A DNA stretch of 61,944 bases, the filler included, from Choristocarpus tenellus KU-1152 (Eukaryota; Protista; Phaeophyceae): NCBI GenBank assembly GCA_964200185.2. It is 8 parts of 8 records of this genome, joined end to end, with 100 filler letters (N's around TTAATTAATTAA, not from the genome) between each part and the next. Parts side by side here need not be neighbours in the genome. Positions count along the whole stretch, not along the records: positions 53,006 to 59,256 come from CAXNAD020008569.1; positions 59,357 to 61,944 come from CAXNAD020026497.1; 6 more parts are not named here. One strand, written 5' to 3'. Below, piece by piece: positions 53,050 to 61,944 of this stretch (its first letter is position 1; each line of letters begins with the position of its first letter). The position numbers and the translations under genes are program-made. The notes below the pieces were generated by a model, which did not search any database, was not told the origin of the DNA, and saw only the letters and a program-made list of their open reading frames with translations.

Positions 53050-53883
53050 GTCGTCACATCGCCCTGTACAAGGTCCATGCATTCACCAGTTCAATCTGGG
53101 TGTCAATACTCCTTCACATGACAGCACAGAGTGATTTGGAAAATTTTGAAGTCCTCCATGATAACCACCACCGTCCCCCGAGGCATCCGAGTCTAGCGCC
53201 CTCTCACCTCCAGGCCAGGTATCATGCCACCATGCTGTTCTTCATCAGGGTGTTTGAGTCTGAACCCTGAACAGATTTCTGGTTCGAAGGAGTGGGATCA
53301 ACAGCCAATGACAGGACGAGTGAGTCGCTCGCACAACGGGGCGACTATGTCCTAGTCATCCCAACAAACACCCTCTTTGACGGTTTCACGAGGTTTTGAA
53401 CCCTGTCAAATGTGACTGGGTCGACTCTGGAGTGGTGATCCTCCACAGTCATGACAGCCCCCCCCCCCCCGTATCAAATTTTGCACACCTCCCATTCTAT
53501 ATGAGAACTAAGCCTTGTCCAGAGGGTTTGTCACATGGGTCGTTCCCAGGTGAGAACAGACCTTGCAAAATTTATGTTACAATTAATTCCGAACGGAGGA
53601 AGTATTCTCATTTTCAAGTAGAGTGTACGGGGAGTAGAATAGAAGCAGTCACACGTCAAGGTAGAACTGTATTGCTCTTACAACAGACTTTGAAGACAAG
53701 GCAAAGGGGGAAATTCCACGTGTGAGGCACAGAAGAGGAGGGGACATACACGCACATCTTCACCTACCAACCGGCTGGCAAAGAGAGTGGTGAAAGTACA
53801 GCCCCTCACCAAAATTTCTAGCTCCGAAAGTCACAACAAGTCAAAAGAACTGAACAAAACTCGAGGTTGTTATCAAAACCTAT

Positions 53884-53911
53884 CAGCACTCAGCACTCAG
53901 CACTCAGCACT
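53884..53911. repeat. 7-bp tandem repeat (CAGCACT)x4
   Basis: Directly visible. Confidence 0.9.
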
Positions 53912-54723
53912 CCACACACCTCACTTCACGCAGTGCACAAACACTGATTCAATCAAATATATTGAAATTTTATAGGAGTTGATGGGACTGATACTCATCT
54001 TTCTCCTGATTCACAGTATTAAAATTTCGTTCTAGTTGGAACCATTCATGCAACCCCTATGATCAATGTGCACCTCAAGTCTTTTCAAATGGGGAAGGGA
54101 ATTGTTTCTGCAGGACACTAGTGCTGGATTCACCACCACAACTAAGCATGATGTATTATGCTCATGAAGGCGCTCGAATCGTTTCCGGTTAACACAACTT
54201 TGCAACACAGATTGGAACCAAGAGCCCTTTGTTCCAACATTCTTCTCAACACATGAGTGAAGACCTACACCTGAAAAAACCCAGAAAGCACATCTATTCC
54301 CCAGCCCAGTTTTCTCTCAATCTCAGTATCACAGTCGCTCTGCTCCTCTGCCTTCTCTGTCACTACCATCATACTACTGAGGCTAAGCCTCAATAGAAGA
54401 CATCACAGCAGTCACTACATCTGTCACTACCTTCCCGAAACACATACATACACACACACATGTACTGTTGGTACGGCCTCCAGGAGACTAAATAATACAA
54501 TTAGGGGGATACTGTAGTAGGTTACAAGGAAAACCCGATCAATGTATGGGGTCAATGGAACATCTAGCCTGTACTCTAGAGGTTTATACATACGCTGTCA
54601 GTCTTTTCGTGCTTACCGCCCCTGAACACCTGAATCCCTAACCTTAGAAACGACATAAATCTTTGCACCTCTCTTCAACAAATCGCAATAATCTTTTTAG
54701 CACTTCTCTTCAAATACACTCAC

Positions 54724-54921
54724 CCTCTGGGGAGCTATGTGTCCAAAGGCAAGGGCCAGTGCAATGACCAACGACTTGCATTCCATGGCAACACTCTGTA
54801 TCGCAGCCAGGGTCCAGGCATCAGTGGCTTCAAGCACCTCACGTGCACGAGGGACTGCATCTGGTGAATGTTGAGGCCGCTGAAAGATGTCCTTGGTCGT
54901 AGCTACCTCGATGGCTAGCTC
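54724..54921 (-). CDS. ATP12: ATP synthase F1 assembly factor 2 (ATP12), exon 4
   Basis: ELAIEVATTKDIFQRPQHSPDAVPRAREVLEATDAWTLAAIQSVAMECKSLVIALAL; AG/GT; final exon not found. Confidence 0.88.
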
Positions 54922-55987
54922 CTGCGTGAAAACCGGCAGTGATTATTAGTTCTAAATCGGCTTGCCTTGGCTCAGAGACTGAGAAATCTGTTCCAAACAC
55001 TACGAAAAATTTTAATAGACAGCACGAACTCTGCAAAATGTACATAGTATCTAAATACAAAAAAAAAGGAGACCCTGGGGTCTTGGCGAGCCTACACGTA
55101 TTCGTGACCATGTCTGTCTTGAGCGATCAAGAACACGATTCAAGAACGTGTTGAAAGTGTAGCAAGCGTTTGTTTGTTCAACAGAAATAGGAATATCTGC
55201 ACTGAAGAGAACACCTTCTCTTTACAGCAGAAGAGCAAAAGGTCCTGCCGGTGACGTGGCAAAGGACAAGGAGGGGCTGCAAAAAATTACTGTCAATATT
55301 GGGATGAAGGAAGTGTAAACATGACATCAAAGGTGAGTCATAGTCGATCACCGGAAGCAGCACAGCATGGAGGCTTGTTCATATGGGGATGGGATATCAG
55401 TCTTGAAGCATAAATGACACAAAAGTATAATATGCCCTGCGGTACCCCCTCTGGCCAGCACAGAGTATGTTCTGGTACAATTTCGGAATTATTAGTCATC
55501 AAGACATGAAAAGTTGAGGCCCTGCTGAACTTGACACAACTCTATCAATTAGATCTTCCAACAAGAAGAAAATCATCGCAACGTTTGGTACAAGATGATG
55601 CTGGCACCTTTTCTGGGCGACTGGATCTGAGGACACACATCAGTAGATCCAACCACTCCTGGATGCTTCACATCCATCAACATTCTGCATAAACAAAATG
55701 TACACCCTTCTTGTAGTAGGTAGTACTATGAACTGGCACAAGAGAAAAAGAAACCCCTTACATGGATCAGGTGCCGAAGTCTCCCTCTGAACTGCAACCT
55801 TGACTTTGACTTTGACTTGAATCTTGATCCCAACCTTAAGGCCCTAGCCAAGTCAAATGCTCTCTAATATCAACATACATACACAAATGCACAGTAACTG
55901 CATCCCAAACAAGGCTGTCAGCAAGCAACAAATCTCAGTTTTGTATCTCTTTTAAGAATTCAACAATTTCTTCACTTTTATTCTTAC

Positions 55988-56069
55988 CTTTTTGATCCAT
56001 TCTCGCAGGGGGGACCACAGCTCCGCCTGCTTTCGTGCCAATGCAGGATCTGGTTGAGCAACCAAAAAG
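55988..56069 (-). CDS. ATP12: ATP12 exon 3
   Basis: (C)FLVAQPDPALARKQAELWSPLREWIKK; phases match neighbouring exons. Confidence 0.88.
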
Positions 56070-57005
56070 CTTTTGGCACGGTACACAAACACAGACAGTT
56101 AAAAAAAGCTAAGTGAATGGGGAGTGGGTTGCATGGGAACAATTAAGACAGGAGGGACTGCAATTTCAAAGGGATTTTTTTAATGCCAGCACAATCACAT
56201 CGATTCCGATTGGCAAGACTCTTCAAGTATGGGACAGTATATAGGCAATACCATCATCAGCAAGTCACGTAAAGCATCCTCCAGAAGTATGGAAGAACAT
56301 GTTACACCCAATGATGTAACCCTACAGGCATCTTCCAGGGTGGAGTTGCATATGAAGTCTTGGTGAGGACTAACTAGTGGAACCAGCTGTTTCTCTCATG
56401 TCACCAGCTCCATGTAATATTGACAATGTGGACAAGACATTGGCGTAATTTTGGACCCATTCAGCTTGACTATCAGTACAAATGGGCAAGACACAGTTGA
56501 ACACAAAATTACGTAGTATGTAATAATGGCTGGCTAAGGGAGAGGAGCTGGGTTCTATCAATGTTGCAAAGGCAACCCTGGCAAGGATGTCTAAGGTCTT
56601 CAAGGGGGTCTGAAGCTACATGAGACCACTGTATATGGGTGGTACATGTCCCGAGCACAATCACTTATGTTGCAGCCCACTGCATAAGTGCATGCTGTGA
56701 GATGGCATCATGACAGTATCAAGCTTAAGGATCACACTTGGAAGTACAATAAATGTGCTTTTACAGTCAGTCCCAACCCATTTTGGGTCTCTCCCTGAAT
56801 CAGATAGTATCAATGGAGGGAAGCACATGATAAGCATCCACTGCAACATTCGTTTTACTCTGTACACTTGGCAGTACAGTGGAAAATAAGCATCTTCAGT
56901 GCACAACAAGGATAAGCCAAGAATAAACAAGAAGTGCAGGTTGTAAAAAAACATATGAGATAAACATCGCTGCTCTTGAAAATGGGCAAACCCGACAGCC
57001 CTCAC

Positions 57006-57193
57006 CAAATTGTGTCTGTTGGGAGGAACTTGAGGCATGTGCTTACAGTTGACTCCCGGTGGGGGACAATCTGATCCAACGCTGTGGCTGCAAGAGACAT
57101 CAAGGGCATTGTGGCAGGCTCGATCCCAGTTGTTACGTTTGTCTGGGCATCCCATTCCGATGCTACCAACATGGCCAGCTCCATGGAGTCGAA
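57006..57193 (-). CDS. ATP12: ATP12 exon 2
   Basis: LAMLVASEWDAQ...IEPATMPLMSLAATALD...FLPTDTI signature. Confidence 0.92.
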
Positions 57194-57474
57194 CTTTGAT
57201 GGGCAACGAAAAGTCGAAGGTGGGTTGGTGGGGGCAACACAGGAAACAGATGACCGAGAGGTATTTGGGAACAAAGAACTACCCAAACTGGGGATTGGTT
57301 TAGTTAGGTTATCTGAGAGATGTTGATGTCGAAGAGGTGCTATCAGGCCAGCGTTATCAAAACACTAGGCAGTGGTTGTGAAGAATAGAGGGTGAGTTAG
57401 AAATAAAATCAGAATTAAAGATTACGATGAGGGTAGTGGAAGGGGTCTGTCGGGGAAGAAAAATACCACTATAC

Positions 57475-57807
57475 CATGAGCGGTCGACGCGCTGGGGTCT
57501 TGAGAGTACGAGAGTCCAGCAAGATTTCCCATTTCCTAGTCCTTCCGTCCACCTCACGCACAGAGACTTGTTTATAAAATCTACCTCTGCCCTTGATTTT
57601 TTGGTGTGTGACATCTGGTGTCGAAGAAAATCTCCTTCGTCCATGTGATAGTTCGCTTATAGCAATGAACATCGCGATGTTTGTTCTTGGGGGCGTACGA
57701 CCCTCTATCTGTCCAGCTGAATGCCTCATCAAGCGCCTGGTCTGTGCTATCATTGCTCCTTTCCAACCCGTCAGGGGAAATGACCACCTCCACGAAGCCG
57801 AAGCCAT
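57475..57807 (-). CDS. ATP12: ATP12 exon 1 with Arg-rich mitochondrial presequence
   Basis: RFYKQVSV...WEILLDSRTLKTPARRPL signature; exact start codon uncertain. Confidence 0.88.
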
Positions 57808-58332
57808 GACTGAGCTTCGTCAGGGGGTGCAACCTTGAGGATAGCAAGCCCGTGTCGGTGGACAAGTCCGCGGAAGTAGGAAGAGCAACAGAGACAGAGA
57901 AACTGAGACAGAGAGAGACTTCAAAAATATACCCAACACTCAAGATAAGGCGACTCGTCACAATTATCGACATCAGAGCATGTATCCACAAAAGGTGGAG
58001 TGGGGATGATAACACTCGGTGTCGCCCAGGGGAATGCGAGGATGATCGATATCACAATGGTGCGAGGTATCTACCTTTAGGCAGAGTCCTTGCAAGAAAG
58101 GATTCGCCAAACAATGGAATCCACTAGTTGAGGGTTTGAATTTTTGTTAACAATAACGATAGTGTAATGTTGTACACACCCTCTCAACACTCCAAACGCC
58201 CTTTGAGGATGTGGCAAACCCCAACAACTTCTTGCATTTTGATTTGAACAAAAATGGAGAGGGATTGGACCTTATACAGTAGGAATAGTCACGTGCAAAC
58301 TTCAAAAATATCGCTCTCACCCCCCTTTTAGG
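57808..58332. promoter_or_regulatory. Putative bidirectional promoter region between ATP12 and METTL5
   Basis: Head-to-head starts ~525 bp apart on one contig. Confidence 0.45.
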
Positions 58333-58427
58333 ATGAAGCTCAAGCACCTTGAGTCTGCACTCGAGACCGTTACGAAATATAGCGACTTGGGTCCTTCCAA
58401 TGTCAATATTGACCTTGAGCAATACAG
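58333..58427 (+). CDS. METTL5: rRNA N6-adenosine methyltransferase METTL5, exon 1
   Basis: MKLKHLESAL...IDLEQY signature; GC donor follows. Confidence 0.88.
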
Positions 58428-58623
58428 GCGAGATAATGCGACTAGACACAATCCACCCACCCGAGGAGAAGGTCACAATTGCCACTCCAAGCTAACACGA
58501 ATCCAGGCTAACACGAAATGGATGGGGGAAAGTCCTGTCACCTTATACTCCTAGGAGCTATTCGGTTAACACTGTTCCTGGATCCATTACCTTACACCAC
58601 CTCTGTTTCTGTCGCCCCCTCAG

Positions 58624-58880
58624 CACCTCCCCCCACCTTGCAGCTCGCATGGTCTACACAGCTGAGTTCGAATATGGAGATATCTGCGAGCGAAGAGTCT
58701 TGGACTTGGGTTGCGGTACGGGCATGCTGGGTATCGCGGCGAGCATTCTTGGGGCAGGGTTTGTCGTGGGTGCTGATGTGGACCCGGGCGCCCTTGCTGT
58801 TGCTGCCAGTAGCGTATCGGATATGGAATTGGATATGGACCTGGTGTGCTGCGATGTGACCCGGAATCCCTTCTCTCTAG
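58624..58880 (+). CDS. METTL5: METTL5 exon 2 (SAM-binding motif I)
   Basis: TSPHLAARMVYTA...GDICERRVLDLGCGTGMLGIAASILGAGFVVGADVD; rest of gene beyond contig end. Confidence 0.92.
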
Positions 58881-59256
58881 GTTTGCTGACTTTTCTAGAC
58901 CAATGTTTCGGTCAATGTTCTCCTTGATTGCCGCTCGTAGGGGATTGTTTTGTATGTGGTGAAAGGGCAGTTTTAAGGTTGGATTTAGCCACAACACTGG
59001 CCCCGCCCACTCCATGTAGTAGGTGGAGATAGCAGCTCTAGTGGAGGGGAAAGTAAAATGCCGAGATTTACGCTGCTCAATGAGCATACCCAATTTACTC
59101 CTGCCAATAGACAGCCTTGTCTGGAGATAAGTGTTGTCTTCCCCCTCACTTCAACGCCTCACTTCAACCACATGTTGCTGGATGACAATGTGAGAGGTGA
59201 CATGCTGTTCCATTTGTTATATCACGTGTACCCCCACCCCTGCCGCACACCATCTC

Positions 59257-59356
59257 NNNNNNNNNNNNNNNNNNNNNNNNNNNNNNNNNNNNNNNNNNNN
59301 TTAATTAATTAANNNNNNNNNNNNNNNNNNNNNNNNNNNNNNNNNNNNNNNNNNNN
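59257..59356. other. Artificial contig linker
   Basis: N44-TTAATTAATTAA-N44. Confidence 0.99.
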
Positions 59357-59957
59357 GGGTACGACTGACCATTGTGTGTTGCCAGTGGGGATGTATGTCG
59401 TTCTCATGCTGGAGGTCTGTGCCAGTGTAAATGATAGGTTCCACTACTGCATCGGTAGCTGTTCCTCGAAGTGCCTGAGAACAAACTGGAACAAGCGTTT
59501 CCGTGCCAGGGGGAAGGAGTATCTTTTTTACTGTGTGCAATGGTGTATTGAATTCAGATGTGATTACTGAAATTGAAGCATGAGATGCAGTTTCTGTCTG
59601 GCAAAAATCTTTTGGGGGGGAACAGATGGGAAGGGGTACGATTTTGTCTTTTGCTGGAATGCATTGATCACTGTCTTTAAATGACATCTCCTCTCTATCC
59701 CAATCTAGCACTGCCCCAAATGCCGACATAATACTGTTATCCAACAAAATTTTATCTACTCCCAGATTAGGTATGACCACTGCTTGGACAGGCATTGATA
59801 TGTCACCAAGTTGTAGTATAAATTGAATGAAACCAGATACAGAGAGAGGTCTACTGGATGGCGCGCGCAATTGTATATGACCGCGCGTCTTATACATAAG
59901 GTGTGTGTCGGAGATCCCAAAAAGGAACCTGTCCCTGACACAACTCATTGTAAACAT
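59357..59957 (-). mobile_element. Ty3/Gypsy LTR retrotransposon pol fragment (retropepsin C-terminal half)
   Basis: LRAPSSRPLSVSG..LQLGD..AVVIPNLGVDKILLDNSIMSAFGAVLDW matches the retropepsin flap and ILG.DFL...ID region. Confidence 0.65.
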
Positions 59958-60421
59958 TATATACTGCGTAGTACTATGCAGTAGTTAGGCATCGTAGCTT
60001 CCGTATAGGTGCAGCATTTACACTGTTTCCCGCCGTTGGGATGGGTTCTTTTGCGTTCAAGAAATTTGAATACTACACAGAAGCAATGCTTCCACAACAT
60101 TTTTGGTTGTTGTATGTTACAATATAAACCTACCCAGCCTGCATAGAGCTGCAAAATTTGCACTATCTCGTGTCATAGACCTCTGACCCTGTTTTGGACG
60201 TATTATTATTACGAGTTTCCTACAGCACGGTTTTGGAATTTTTCCGTACAACATCACACGCAGCACTCACTATGTTTTGACCGTAACACTCAAAGTCAAC
60301 ACAAAACGTACACATACATACACACATACGTAACACATACAATGTGTCTCGTACCACTAGAACCTAGAACATAATGTGTAAGTTACTGTTAAATACTATC
60401 TTGTAGCACTACACAACAAAA

Positions 60422-60602
60422 GGCCCAAAGTATCTGGGAGGGTGCAGGGGGTCTACAGCAGGGTGTCCATTCGGGCCCTGACCAGGAGAAGCACACTAGC
60501 ATCATCTATCCGATTCATGCAACCAAATTCATCCCAAAATCGCGACAGTGAAAAATGAGCCCCGAATGGACAGCCATCACTCCCCCCCATACACTTTGAA
60601 CC
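60422..60602 (+). mobile_element. MITE family B (~180 bp), full length
   Basis: GGCCCAAAGTATCTGGGAGGG ... CCCCCATACACTTTGAACC; flanks AAAA/AAAA. Confidence 0.85.
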
Positions 60603-60696
60603 AAAAACCCGACAAATGTTATGCCGAATGTCGTAGCTCTCCTGTCCAAAACATACATACCATACGTGAGTCGAAGTAAACTATGACAAATATCCA

Positions 60697-60959
60697 CAAA
60701 AAGTTGTAGTATATCTGTAAAGGTAACTGCTCTAGTCCCGTCAAAAGTCGAGTATGTTGTAGCTATTATACAAGCAGCAATATTAGCTATATAGCTAGGC
60801 ATATGCAAAAAGTAAGAAAAACTGCCAAAAACTTCCAACTGTACTGCAATACTACCAGCAGCACCAACAGTTCCTGAAAGAGCAGTAATAATCCTCTTTT
60901 CTTTGACGTAAATCTACCACTGCTTAGGCAACAGACGTCTTACCGAGGAACTCTCCCAC
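60697..60959 (-). pseudogene. Bacterial-type sodium:solute symporter (PutP/SSF) gene fragment
   Basis: VGEFLGKTSVA*AVVDL / frameshift / RIITALSGTVGAAGSIAVQLEVFGSFSYFLHMPSYIANIAACIIATTYSTFDGTRAVTFTDILQLF contains the SSF signature YS..GG..AV..TD..Q. Confidence 0.8.
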
Positions 60960-61064
60960 TTTATCATGCCATTTACCTTGAAGCAACCGGCTAAATCTTG
61001 CACTATTTGCTTTTTTCTACTTTTTTTAGTACCAAAGTGATTAGATCAGATTGTTGCTTTGTCT

Positions 61065-61235
61065 GCCTCAAAGTATCAGGGGGGGGTGGTTGGCTGTCCA
61101 TTCGGGGCTCATTTTTCCATGGCGCGATATTGGGGTAAATCTGGTTGCATGCGTTGGATGGGCAATATAAGTTCACTTCTCCTGATCAGGGCCCAAATGG
61201 ACAACCTGGTGTAGACCCCCCAGATACTTTGAGCC
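61065..61235 (-). mobile_element. MITE family B, full length, inverted relative to the 60422 copy
   Basis: GCCTCAAAGTATCAGGGG ... CCCCAGATACTTTGAGCC; flanks TCT/TCT. Confidence 0.85.
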
Positions 61236-61904
61236 TCTTATCAATACCTAAATGCTATCCGAGTATCTCTTCAAGCTTCGACTCACTTAATACTCCTTGT
61301 AACCAATGATCACCATTTTCTTGTCCCAATAGAGCCGAAAATACTCAGTTGGTACATACTCATATTTTATAGATCTGTAAGCCCCATTAAGAAACACTGG
61401 TTTTCAAAACATTAATTTTTGTAAAATCATGTTCTTCTAGGCGCTTTTTTGTTAGATTTTTTGCTTTGTCTACACCATGAAAGTCACAATGTTATCTTTT
61501 GATGGACATGCTTCAGCGCATTTATTTATCAAGATTGAACCTTGAGCATCAAGAACCGCAGGACTTACAAAGTTTTTCTGATGCTATAAGCTCTGTATAT
61601 ATTTTCTTTCCTGTCTTGCTCCTGCTCAACCGTCTCTTGAATTTCAGAATCAACCAAAGCAAATCTATTATTCACTATGTTCACTTCTACCTCCAATTAA
61701 ATTATTTATTTAAATTGTTCTCTTCAAGGAAATCTAGTGTGAACCTTATTCCTCAAGACAATCTTAGTACTTCTTCCAGAGAAATAAAATAAATATGAGT
61801 GAATTGGAAAATATGAAAAAAAAGTGGCTGAAAATGCAAAAATGCCAAAACCCAGGTACCTCTCGTTTGCTTTTGCTCCGTAATGCTCATAACGCGTTGG
61901 TTCA

Positions 61905-61944
61905 GGGTCAAAGTATCTGGGGGGTGGGGGTGGTTTGTGAGGGG
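61905..61944 (+). mobile_element. Foldback-family MITE start, truncated by window end
   Basis: GGGTCAAAGTATCTGGGGGGTGGGGGTGGTTTGTGAGGGG matches the 21502/21585 arm. Confidence 0.8.

Noticed and set aside
27533-59356. Recurring N44-TTAATTAATTAA-N44 as a biological repeat, and any gene cluster spanning it
   Set aside because: Artificial linker; genes on different contigs (PAH, UEV1, ATP12 etc.) are not shown to be neighbours.
60422-61235. Composite/Pack transposon formed by two inverted MITEs carrying the symporter fragment
   Set aside because: Each MITE has its own flanking duplication (AAA versus TCT) and the outer flanks do not match, so these are independent insertions.
112-61792. Most short ORFs in the supplied six-frame track
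   Set aside because: They are antisense or shadow frames of exons, MITE read-throughs or random ORFs; the real genes here are spliced.

Overview
Eukaryotic nuclear DNA, most consistent with a stramenopile, probably a brown alga (inferred from gene content and intron style, not proven). The window is not contiguous. Eight contigs or scaffolds are joined by seven artificial 100-nt N44-TTAATTAATTAA-N44 linkers, and there is one 10-N scaffold gap. Recognisable spliced host genes, all partial: aromatic amino-acid (Phe) hydroxylase, UEV1/MMS2, a large EF-hand plus alpha/beta-hydrolase-like protein, ATP12/ATPAF2 and METTL5. Most of the rest is transposon debris: several MITE families sharing the terminal motif AAAGTATCT, an intron-rich Sola2-like transposase lacking its catalytic core, two inverted copies of an HTH-bearing transposon, LINE and Gypsy relics, and a duplicated unknown multi-exon gene. 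The most notable observation is decayed bacterial DNA embedded in host sequence and flanked by host MITEs. It includes a sodium:solute symporter fragment of the type I recall from intracellular bacteria (Amoebophilus/Cardinium/Rickettsiales). Further AT-rich islands, one with a Shine-Dalgarno plus an iscU-like start, may have the same origin. All family assignments come from motif recognition; no searches were run.
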